In this document: positions 27,966 to 35,918 of the stretch, piece by piece
Numbering within the stretch: the first letter of the stretch is position 1
How the letters are laid out: each line of letters starts with the position of its first letter
Origin: a virus
IMG/VR virus record: IMGVR_UViG_3300045988_148900
Span: 32,001-96,000 of that record
Strand: one strand, 5' to 3'
DNA: 64,000 nt
Translations under genes and position numbers: made by a program
The notes under the pieces: generated by a model
The model's database searches: none
What the model was told of the DNA's origin: nothing
What the model saw: only the letters and a program-made list of their open reading frames with translations

Positions 27966-28811
27966 TTACTTCTTCTCGGAACCGCTATGCGTCGATGCAT
28001 CGACAACATCCGGATCCAACGACGCAACCTCCGGATCGGACTCAGCAGCAGAAACGGCATCCAGAACAACATCGATAGTCTGAGTAGCCGAAACGGTCAC
28101 GGTAGCCGACTTGGTAACATAATCCGTCTTCGAAACCTCGTAAGTGACCTGTGAACCCTTGTCAACCTCGATAGACTTCTGCTCCACGTTATTCAGTTTA
28201 ACCGTGGCATCTGCAGGAGTAGGATTAATGGTGATAGTCACCTTCGCAACAGGAACCTCCTCCAGAACAACATCAACCGTCTTGGTCGAATCAGCTACCA
28301 CAGAGCCACTCTTCGGAGTGTAGCCATCCTTAGATACCTCGTAAGAGACAGACGACCCAGACTCCACAGAGATAGATGACTGAACAACTCCATTCAGCTT
28401 AACCTCAGCATCCGACGGAGTGGGATTAATCGTGATAGTATACATCACAGGCTCCGGAGCAGGAGAAGCAACAGCAAAACGAGGCAACAAAATCTCCACA
28501 TTGACACCAGACGCTACAAGAGAACCTGTAATATCCTCAAAGCCCTCAGAACTGATGGTATAAGAGACTGCCGAATCGCGCACAACCAAAGCCTCCGCAC
28601 GCCCACCAACAGACGCAAACTTGTCAGACCCTACCGTAACTGTGTACTCATTGCCGTCGCCAAAAGCACGATGGAAAACAACAACCGAAAACAAATCCGA
28701 AAAGTCAACACCAAGCGCGGCGGCAAGAACCTTCACGTTAGAAGCAATAACATCCATCATAGCCACCGGAGAGGTGAACTGCGTCCGAATCATCGATTTT
28801 AACTGTGCCAT
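27966..28811 (-). CDS. head-module protein with two PEGA/Ig-like repeats (possible capsid decoration)
   Basis: 281 aa from ATG 28811. It carries tandem repeats ITINPTPSDAEVKLNGVVQSSISVESGSSVSYEVSKDGYTPKS... and ITINPTPADATVKLNNVEQKSIEVDKGSQVTYEVSKTDYVTKS.... Confidence 0.55.
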   Translation of the reverse strand: MAQLKSMIRTQFTSPVAMMDVIASNVKVLAAALGVDFSDLFSVVVFHRAFGDGNEYTVTVGSDKFASVGGRAEALVVRDSAVSYTISSEGFEDITGSLVASGVNVEILLPRFAVASPAPEPVMYTITINPTPSDAEVKLNGVVQSSISVESGSSVSYEVSKDGYTPKSGSVVADSTKTVDVVLEEVPVAKVTITINPTPADATVKLNNVEQKSIEVDKGSQVTYEVSKTDYVTKSATVTVSATQTIDVVLDAVSAAESDPEVASLDPDVVDASTHSGSEKK

Positions 28812-28832
28812 AAAAAACAATTTTAATTTTAC

Positions 28833-28846
28833 GGATATATAATTGC
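28833..28846 (-). promoter_or_regulatory. conserved phage box GGATATATAATTGC, putative late promoter
   Basis: 21 nt upstream of ATG 28811 and just downstream of hairpin 28857-28887. Confidence 0.55.
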
Positions 28847-28856
28847 TACAGGCACG

Positions 28857-28887
28857 CAAAAAAAGAAGAGCCTACAAGACTCTTCTT
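28857..28887 (-). terminator. intrinsic terminator (A/U-rich stem)
   Basis: Minus strand reads AAGAAGAG-TCTTGTAGG-CTCTTCTT followed by TTTTTGCG. Confidence 0.5.
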
Positions 28888-28907
28888 AAACAAACAAGAA
28901 CCATAAA

Positions 28908-29669
28908 CTACTTCCACCGACCAATAGCAAGCCACATGAAGGTATTACCTGAATTGCCGTACTCCGACTGAGCATTAGACAACCTCTTAATATAACGAGG
29001 CTTCATGGTAAAATAAGTAGTGTCAACAACAGCTGCGCTAGCTGACTCTACTGCAGAATCTCCAAAACCAGTAGACGTCGTATAAATACAATATGGAGTA
29101 GTATAAAAAGCCGTAGCGTAATATACCGAAAGTGACAAAACCTGACTTCCTAACGAACCCCAACAAAACATCATACCGTCAGGTGCCTTATAATAACCAG
29201 AAGGACCAAAACCCTTCGTTAAAGTAACATTACTCAGAGTGGTATTAGCGCAAGAGGTAAAAGAAAAAGATGTCCCTCTTCTAATTCTGTCTAAAATCTG
29301 ACTGTCCGTACCAGAGGCTAAACTGGCTTGAGTATCTGTAAAAGTGTTGCAGTAAGCAACTTTGGTTTTTGCCTCGTAAACAAAACCACTATTACTACCG
29401 GAACTATTATTAGCCCAAGCAACCCCAAAATAAGGCGCGTTATGAATAAAACGAACACTCCCCGTATGAATGAGACCAAAAAGACGAGAAATAAGATCGG
29501 TGATATTCTGATCCGAATCTAAAAAAGAAGACCAACCCTCCCCCTCACCAAGAGAAGAAGCCTGCATCGTCAAAGGAGCCTTCGCAGATACAGACTGCTC
29601 TAAAGGAGTCACCTTAGACAAAAGATCATCAATCTGAGGACCTGTATATGAGCTAACATAATCCGCCAT
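28908..29669 (-). CDS. fibre protein with gp53-like C-terminal domain (putative head/neck or tail fibre)
   Basis: 253 aa. It has an N-terminal YTGPQIDDLLSKV motif and a C-terminal ..SGYYKAPDGMMFCWG...TFMWLAIGRWK pattern typical of phage-fibre C-terminal domains. Confidence 0.45.
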   Translation of the reverse strand: MADYVSSYTGPQIDDLLSKVTPLEQSVSAKAPLTMQASSLGEGEGWSSFLDSDQNITDLISRLFGLIHTGSVRFIHNAPYFGVAWANNSSGSNSGFVYEAKTKVAYCNTFTDTQASLASGTDSQILDRIRRGTSFSFTSCANTTLSNVTLTKGFGPSGYYKAPDGMMFCWGSLGSQVLSLSVYYATAFYTTPYCIYTTSTGFGDSAVESASAAVVDTTYFTMKPRYIKRLSNAQSEYGNSGNTFMWLAIGRWK

Positions 29670-29688
29670 AACACATAAATAGTTTTAC

Positions 29689-29702
29689 GGATATATAATT
29701 AC
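29689..29702 (-). promoter_or_regulatory. conserved phage box, variant GGATATATAATTAC
   Basis: 19 nt upstream of ATG 29669. Confidence 0.5.
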
Positions 29703-29761
29703 CGACCCGCCAGCTAAGAAGATACAGGTCTAAAGCCTTCTTGCCGTACCACAGAATATTT

Positions 29762-29851
29762 AGGTGATTATATACAATTTTACACTGCACATATTGGCGA
29801 TTCTACGACATCGTAACCTCCGTCTCCACGCCCGTCAAACCGTCCCACCGA
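29762..29851 (-). ncRNA. candidate omega-RNA 3' scaffold / right-end block of element A
   Basis: By my count, 83 of 90 nt are identical to 40246-40335 of element B. The next roughly 90 nt of coding sequence are visibly less conserved. In IS200/IS605 systems the omega-RNA overlaps the tnpB 3' end. Confidence 0.3.
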
Positions 29852-30958
29852 CGGCGATAATTTTGCTAATCCTTCTTTTAGAATATTGGTCGCGGCGGTA
29901 AGATCCCGATCATGGATCGTACCACATTGCGGACACGCCCATGTCCTATCACTTAACGTAAAGCCATCGTTCTTGTAACCGCAACATCCGCAGGTCTTAC
30001 TACTCGGAAAGAAACGGTCGATCTTCAAAACTGTCCTACCAAGCCAACGGGCCTTGTAATCCAAGACACGAACGAACTCAAACCAACAAATGTTTTGGAT
30101 GGATTCAGCTAAACTGTGATTACCCATCATACCTTTCACATTTAAGTCCTCGATAAAGACGGCTTGGTTCTCACCCAATATCGAGTTAACCGTATGATGG
30201 ATAAGATTATTAATCAAATTGCGTTTCTTAGCATACAGCTTATTAATTTTTAGCCTTATCTCCGAACGGCGGCGACTGCCTTTTTGTCGTCGTGATTCTA
30301 TCTTCTGCAACCGAGAGATACGACGGTCTATGACATCCGCGAAACGCGGATTAGGTATCTTCCGACCATCGGAGGTGACTATAAAGTCTTTTAAGCCTAA
30401 ATCAAGACCGACGCACTTGGACTGACTCGTGATGGGCTCCGGCTTTGGTTCTTGAACACCTGTCTCCACAAGACAACTCGCCCAAAAGCGTCCGCAACCG
30501 TCACAACTAACCGTAACATTCCTAAGCTGACCCTTAAACCGACGATCCTGCTTATACCTAACCAAACCGATCTTCGACAGTTTGACGTGACGACTATCCT
30601 GATCGACGCTGCAATGAGTGGAAGGAAATCTGCAAGATAGCTTACTCCAATGCTTCGTCTTGTGCTTCGGAAATCCTTGCTTCGTCTTGAAAAACATCTG
30701 GTAGGCACTACTCATGTCGCGTACTGACTGAACCAAACAGACAGCGGGTACATCATACAACCACCCGTACTCGGACTTCAAGCCCGTCATCAAATTGATA
30801 CATTCGAACTCCGATAACGAGGTCTTATCTGTCTCGTAAGCTTTGATCTTAGCATCCAACGTAGCATTATAAACATATCGACAACAACCGAACGTCTGAC
30901 GCAACAAAACCTGTTGTGTCTTATTGGGATAAAGTCGATATTTATAAGTGCGCTTCAT
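29780..30958 (-). CDS. tnpB: TnpB RNA-guided endonuclease (OrfB_IS605 + RuvC + Zn-ribbon)
   Basis: 392 aa. It begins MKRTYKYRLYPNKTQQ and carries the RuvC triad contexts VGLDLGLKDF, VFIEDLNVKGM and IHDRDLTAATNI, plus the zinc ribbon CGCCGY...CPQCG. Confidence 0.9.
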   Translation of the reverse strand: MKRTYKYRLYPNKTQQVLLRQTFGCCRYVYNATLDAKIKAYETDKTSLSEFECINLMTGLKSEYGWLYDVPAVCLVQSVRDMSSAYQMFFKTKQGFPKHKTKHWSKLSCRFPSTHCSVDQDSRHVKLSKIGLVRYKQDRRFKGQLRNVTVSCDGCGRFWASCLVETGVQEPKPEPITSQSKCVGLDLGLKDFIVTSDGRKIPNPRFADVIDRRISRLQKIESRRQKGSRRRSEIRLKINKLYAKKRNLINNLIHHTVNSILGENQAVFIEDLNVKGMMGNHSLAESIQNICWFEFVRVLDYKARWLGRTVLKIDRFFPSSKTCGCCGYKNDGFTLSDRTWACPQCGTIHDRDLTAATNILKEGLAKLSPSVGRFDGRGDGGYDVVESPICAV

Positions 30959-30962
30959 GCTA

Positions 30963-30970
30963 CAAATATA
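30963..30970 (-). promoter_or_regulatory. host-type -7 box TATATTTG upstream of tnpB (A)
   Basis: Minus strand reads TATATTTG-TAGC-ATG, which implies a leaderless or near-leaderless mRNA. Confidence 0.4.
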
Positions 30971-31076
30971 GTTATTTATTTACGTCTATGCAAGATGGTA
31001 GTGTAAAATTATATGTAGTCGCCATCTGAAAAACGAAGAGCAACACTCATAAGACAATCCTTTAATATCAACCTAC

Positions 31077-31322
31077 CTATTTATCAGCATCGAAAAAATA
31101 ACGCCAGCCAACAATATTTAAGCATCCAAAAGGAATCACATCTCCTGAGGCTGTCTCCCAGTAATCATTACCACGATAGAATCCAAACACTATATGATAG
31201 TTCCCATCCTTGTGAAGACGCAGAAGAACACGGGTATCAACGTCGGGATAACTATCAACACCCGGAGTATGCCACCGAGTCAGAAAATTATAGGCCCACA
31301 TAGCCCCATTCTCAAAATCCAT
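31077..31322 (-). CDS. hypothetical small protein
   Basis: 81 aa, Trp/Tyr-rich, ATG start. Confidence 0.45.
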   Translation of the reverse strand: MDFENGAMWAYNFLTRWHTPGVDSYPDVDTRVLLRLHKDGNYHIVFGFYRGNDYWETASGDVIPFGCLNIVGWRYFFDADK

Positions 31323-31493
31323 GCTGGCAATTTTATTAGACCCACCAGCATAATCAGACGACGAGGACTTTAAAACGTCAAAGAAATCTATAGTATTAAA
31401 TTTATGTTAAAGCGAAGCTTACAAAAACCCGCATAAATTATAAAGATAAAAGTAAATAAAATAATCTTAAAATGCAAAACAAAATGAATAAAA

Positions 31494-32711
31494 TTACTTT
31501 AACGCGCGGCGGAAATAATAACCCTTCGTAGGCGAATCTCTATCAAGACCATACGCTACTGTAGACAAACCAATACCCATAACTCGAGACGCCTCTGATA
31601 TAGATGGAAAAGACCCATATAAAGAACCATCTAAAGTAAAAACGTCAACGTCAGTAGACCAACCATAATGATCCTTCTTAATTGTATGTTTAAGCCTATT
31701 CATACTCGTGGCAGCCCGAGCAACACGATTCGATATATCCTCTGCAGACGCACCCGGAAAAGCCCAAAGATAACCTCCAGCTGACGCACGATCGCATGTA
31801 CCCTCCGCACAAAACATAATAGACGCATTATCGGCTCCAGAAGCAATAGAAGCCTGATGATACGATGGATAAGAAGCAACAAAAACACCGTCTAAAGTAT
31901 ACTGATTGACGGCAACCTTCGTGCGATGCAAACGCTTAGGCTCCCGCAAGACTCTAACAGGAATGTCAATGTCATCTCGACGCCACTGATAACCACCAGC
32001 TGACTGTAACTCTCCTCTTGCAGCCCGAGCTATAAGAGACGAATCAAAATTAATCAAACAACCTGCCTCTGCCATGCTAATATAGCTGCGAATAAATTTA
32101 CCCGACATGGAATACTGCGAAACGGAAATCGGCTGATTACTCTCTATTACTGAAATCTCCTCCGCAGACAACACACGCGCCGACTCGCCTGCCCAACGCC
32201 ACTGAAAACCATTATGTGCAGGACGAAGCCCTCTACAACACCGACAAATACTCGAATGATTGGAACCAGTCTGTGACGCGGCCTCCACCGCACTCTCGAA
32301 CTGACCAACCAAACGACCAGCATAGTCATACTGCCAAACAGCCTTGGCCCTAAGTAACCCTAATGCATGGCGATCCTCAGCGGACGCCGCGGCCCACGTA
32401 AAACCAATGCCTCCAGAAACTACATTGTAACCAAACGACGGATTAGTAGCCTTATAGAAATCAATAAAGTAAACCTCCTCATGGGCCAAAGAATCCAACA
32501 AACTGACCACATCATCCATCTCAAAACGACGTAGAACTCGATACTCCCAAAGCTCAGGAGAATACTTCTTACGAGCAGCAGCTACCCTAAACCCAGAATA
32601 AGAACCCGAACGAAACCAACATGCGCGACGTCTACGCTCATCGATAGTTATTCCAATATACACCTTCTCCTCCGGAGAAATGTACATATATACAACACCT
32701 CTGTACTGCAT
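31494..32711 (-). CDS. free-standing GIY-YIG homing endonuclease with repeated NUMOD/IENR-like modules
   Basis: 405 aa from ATG 32711. VVYMYISPEEKVYIGIT (GIY..YIG), HEEVYFI (Glu) and GYNVVSGG match the catalytic domain. C-terminal repeats end in GFQWRW, GYQWRR, GYLWAF and GYYFRR. Confidence 0.85.
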   Translation of the reverse strand: MQYRGVVYMYISPEEKVYIGITIDERRRRACWFRSGSYSGFRVAAARKKYSPELWEYRVLRRFEMDDVVSLLDSLAHEEVYFIDFYKATNPSFGYNVVSGGIGFTWAAASAEDRHALGLLRAKAVWQYDYAGRLVGQFESAVEAASQTGSNHSSICRCCRGLRPAHNGFQWRWAGESARVLSAEEISVIESNQPISVSQYSMSGKFIRSYISMAEAGCLINFDSSLIARAARGELQSAGGYQWRRDDIDIPVRVLREPKRLHRTKVAVNQYTLDGVFVASYPSYHQASIASGADNASIMFCAEGTCDRASAGGYLWAFPGASAEDISNRVARAATSMNRLKHTIKKDHYGWSTDVDVFTLDGSLYGSFPSISEASRVMGIGLSTVAYGLDRDSPTKGYYFRRALK

Positions 32712-32763
32712 AAAAAAAATCTGCAACAACAGCACAGCGTCCATTCCATACTGAAGTTGCAGA
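32712..32763 (-). terminator. hairpin + U8 abutting the homing-endonuclease start codon
   Basis: Minus strand reads TCTGCAAC-(28 nt)-GTTGCAGA followed by TTTTTTTT and then ATG 32711. Confidence 0.45.
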
Positions 32764-32882
32764 CAAAACCATTCAAGAAAGAATGGTGATGACTATATCA
32801 ACGTATACACTAAAATGGACGACGTGCTAACGTTAAACTTAACTGAAACAAAGATAACATCTCCGAAGACAAAAAACAAATT

Positions 32883-33542
32883 TTATAGATCAATCTTTAT
32901 GCGTTTGGCGGCAGCAGCTATTGCATCTGTCACCTCTTTGACTTGATCCATATTATTGGACCAATACTTTCTTAAGAACTTTGAAATCGAAGGAACCCAA
33001 AAAGGCAACGCCATACAAATCGCTCTGCAGTGCTTGCAGCTCGACTTGACCAATCTTGGATTCCTTATCTTAGGATAAGAGACCCGCCACGAACCAAATG
33101 CTGCATAATTATACTTAACAGCAACATACTGAAAAAAATAATAAAATGCAGCACAAGAGCAGTACAGTTTTATCCCCGAGTCCAGCAGCAGCTTATTCAG
33201 GTTCGTCCGCTTATTAACAATCAAGTCCGGACTCAAAGGATTGAACTGCAAAATGACCGTATACTTCTTACCCGGAGTAGTGACAGAGTTGCACTGAAAG
33301 CGAAGCTCGTTGGCAGCAGCGTCAATGCTAATAAGGTCAATGCCGTTGACCATCATGGAACGCTTCTTGACCTTTAGGAACTCCGTCTCCGAAAGTATCT
33401 TCTTATAAGTCGTCGTAGAGAGCTTAGACTCCGGCTTCATCCGAGACGACGGCTTAGGAAGGGTGCTTCCACTTTTACGAGTGGACGCATACTTCCGAGT
33501 ATTAGCCTTCGTGAGGCGAATTGGTTTATTAACCTTTGCCAT
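32883..33542 (-). CDS. SWIM-type zinc-finger protein with basic N-terminus
   Basis: 219 aa. YCSCAAF...SSCKHCRAI gives the CxC...CxH pattern. It lies directly downstream of the portal gene. Confidence 0.5.
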   Translation of the reverse strand: MAKVNKPIRLTKANTRKYASTRKSGSTLPKPSSRMKPESKLSTTTYKKILSETEFLKVKKRSMMVNGIDLISIDAAANELRFQCNSVTTPGKKYTVILQFNPLSPDLIVNKRTNLNKLLLDSGIKLYCSCAAFYYFFQYVAVKYNYAAFGSWRVSYPKIRNPRLVKSSCKHCRAICMALPFWVPSISKFLRKYWSNNMDQVKEVTDAIAAAAKRIKIDL

Positions 33543-33553
33543 AAAAACTGCTT

Positions 33554-35122
33554 CTACTCGGGAATAGCGGACGGAGCACCCGCGTCGGCAGCTCCGGCGG
33601 CTAAAGCAGCCCCAGCAGCTATCTCCTCAGCATCCATGCCTGCAGACGCTGCAGCCTCTGCGGCATCAAATCCCGGAGGAGTGGGAACATCTCCCGACGC
33701 GGAAGATTCGGACTCCAAGAGCCCCTCAGCGGCAGCCTGCTCGCGGTCAATAGCGTCAAACTTATCGTTCACGTACTTGCGAATCTCCTCAAGCCAACTC
33801 TGAATGGAATGAAGATTGGACGTATCATCCAACAAAGACTCCAAAGACGAAATGCGAGCTAAAGCCTCCTCGCGTGTCTCACTCGCATTCAAAGTATCAA
33901 AGAAGGCATTCGAGAAATCTGCAAAATTGGTGAGCGTATCAACAACATCTGAATCCTCGGACGTAGGAAGCTTCACGAGACGGAAAAAAACATCCGACTG
34001 CTCCAGAACATCTGCCGTAGACCGAAACCAATGATTGATAGTATCCTCCATCAAAGACCTACAAGACGCTACCATGCGAGAGTAACGAATATCACCTCTA
34101 ATCAACGAAACCGTGTTGGAGTCAAGCTGCTGATTGAAATCGGCATACGTCTTAGGAAAACGCATGGCAAGAAAAACGCGCCCAAGAGTGTAATCCAAGT
34201 CGGCCATCTCCTTGATATCAAAGGACGGAATATCCGTCACAATCTCAGGCTTACCAACACCCTTGCGATGAGGATGTACGGGAATGCCATCATCGAAACT
34301 CGCATTAGGCGTCATGGTAGTCTGTAACGACAGAGAATCTGCATTCAAAGTCTGAGAAATGTCATCAATAATCTCCTGAGTCCGATCACCCTGAGACGTG
34401 CCAACGTCAACCGTAGCAAACCTAACAACTCGAGCAAGCTTCTGACGATAACTATACATCGACCGCTCAACAGCGTACAAGTCCTGAGCTACAGAACTTA
34501 TATTCTTTAACTGAATAGGCTCCGGAATAACCCTATACTTAATCTCCGACCAATCAATTCCGTCAACATCCTCGGAACTCATATCTGACGTGATAATCTC
34601 CAAAGACGACTTCGAGTAATTCAAGAAGACCAATACATTCTCAAGAACGTGCCCATTACTATCATAAATGATAATAGTACCATCCCGACGCATATAAATA
34701 CCAACGTCCTCAATAAATGGAACAAGCTTAGCCTTCTTCCGGCGGGCAACAGCATCATCATATGTATGCAGAACATACATAGACAACCCCGTCTTCAAAA
34801 GATCAATAGCAGTCCACTTAGCAATACCATTCAAGGCGTCGCATAAGTCAGAAACACGCTGCCGCAAGACAACACTCTTGATAGTATCCAAACCCGAAAC
34901 ATAGACAGGAGAACTACCTATACAAACATCGTCGGCAGTAATGTCAACCATCGAGTTGATGAAGTCATGAGTCTCAATAGCATCAGCAATCCCTCCAGTC
35001 TGATTCACCGTCGACGACTGACCGTTAATACCCGTGTAAGTCTTACGAAGCGTGACACCCGGAGCAATGCCAAGAGTCCTGCCAATCATCAAACCAAAAG
35101 CCTGCAACGCGCCAGTATACAT
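33554..35122 (-). CDS. portal protein (putative)
   Basis: 522 aa, the first large gene after terminase, with an acidic, Ala-rich C-terminal tail. The call is based on position and size. Confidence 0.5.
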   Translation of the reverse strand: MYTGALQAFGLMIGRTLGIAPGVTLRKTYTGINGQSSTVNQTGGIADAIETHDFINSMVDITADDVCIGSSPVYVSGLDTIKSVVLRQRVSDLCDALNGIAKWTAIDLLKTGLSMYVLHTYDDAVARRKKAKLVPFIEDVGIYMRRDGTIIIYDSNGHVLENVLVFLNYSKSSLEIITSDMSSEDVDGIDWSEIKYRVIPEPIQLKNISSVAQDLYAVERSMYSYRQKLARVVRFATVDVGTSQGDRTQEIIDDISQTLNADSLSLQTTMTPNASFDDGIPVHPHRKGVGKPEIVTDIPSFDIKEMADLDYTLGRVFLAMRFPKTYADFNQQLDSNTVSLIRGDIRYSRMVASCRSLMEDTINHWFRSTADVLEQSDVFFRLVKLPTSEDSDVVDTLTNFADFSNAFFDTLNASETREEALARISSLESLLDDTSNLHSIQSWLEEIRKYVNDKFDAIDREQAAAEGLLESESSASGDVPTPPGFDAAEAAASAGMDAEEIAAGAALAAGAADAGAPSAIPE

Positions 35123-35181
35123 ACAATCTCCATTTAAAAACTCAAACCAAAAGCGGCGGCACTAAACCGCCGCTATGAAAA

Positions 35182-35874
35182 CTAACCTATAACATTCGTG
35201 TGGCACTTGCCGTCCAACTCACTGAACTTGGCGTTCATGCGAGAACGAATAACTGCCGACGGACGCTGACCACCTCCCGTAAAGGTCCGAGACTTAATAA
35301 TATCCGACGCAGACATCTTAGCAACCTCGCTGCCACGAACAAAAGAGCCAGAACGCTCCGCGATAAGCTGAGACATACTAACTCGCTCACCCGGAGCATG
35401 CGACCCCGACCGAACCGCAACAATGTCCGAAACACAACCGCCACCAAAAGAATCTGACGACGCGGACGCAGGAGAAACATCTACAACACCTGCAGCTACC
35501 GGATCAGGAAAAGAAGCCATAATATCATCATCCGATACAGACACACCCGGCATATCCATAACAGAATCATCGGGAACAACATCTGAAGCAAACGATGTGT
35601 CATCCGACATCACATCCGCCATAGACTCACCACCTACAACAGGCGATACTGCCGGAATATCAGGAACTACCGCCGGAGCGGAATCCATAACAATGTCTTC
35701 GGGAACACCATCCCCAGCAGCAACCGTCGGCGAAACAAAAACATCCGACTCAGAAGAAACCGCAACAACTTCATCTGCCGACGAAGAAACACCTGAAACA
35801 ACATCTACCGAAACATCGGCAGACACACGAGCACCTTCCGTAGAATGTGCAGCTTTACGAGCTCGTCTAACCAT
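35182..35874 (-). CDS. low-complexity acidic Ser/Val/Asp-rich protein with basic termini
   Basis: 230 aa between the terminase and portal genes, with the box 19 nt upstream. Confidence 0.5.
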   Translation of the reverse strand: MVRRARKAAHSTEGARVSADVSVDVVSGVSSSADEVVAVSSESDVFVSPTVAAGDGVPEDIVMDSAPAVVPDIPAVSPVVGGESMADVMSDDTSFASDVVPDDSVMDMPGVSVSDDDIMASFPDPVAAGVVDVSPASASSDSFGGGCVSDIVAVRSGSHAPGERVSMSQLIAERSGSFVRGSEVAKMSASDIIKSRTFTGGGQRPSAVIRSRMNAKFSELDGKCHTNVIG

Positions 35875-35893
35875 AATACAAAAATAATTTAAC

Positions 35894-35907
35894 GGATATA
35901 TAATTGC
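35894..35907 (-). promoter_or_regulatory. conserved phage box GGATATATAATTGC, putative late promoter
   Basis: 19 nt upstream of ATG 35874 and 11 nt after the terL stop. Confidence 0.55.
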
Positions 35908-35918
35908 TTAACGGAATC

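Larger units (their letters stand above)
29762..31024 (-). mobile_element. TnpB-only element A (1263 bp) with imperfect 28-bp terminal inverted repeats
   Basis: Its ends, 29762-29789 (aggtgattatatacaattttacactgca) and 30997-31024 (reverse complement tggcgactacatataattttacactacc), match at 20 of 28 positions. It is collinear with element B over the same 1263-bp length, with homology stopping exactly at these ends. No target-site duplication is seen. Confidence 0.7.
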
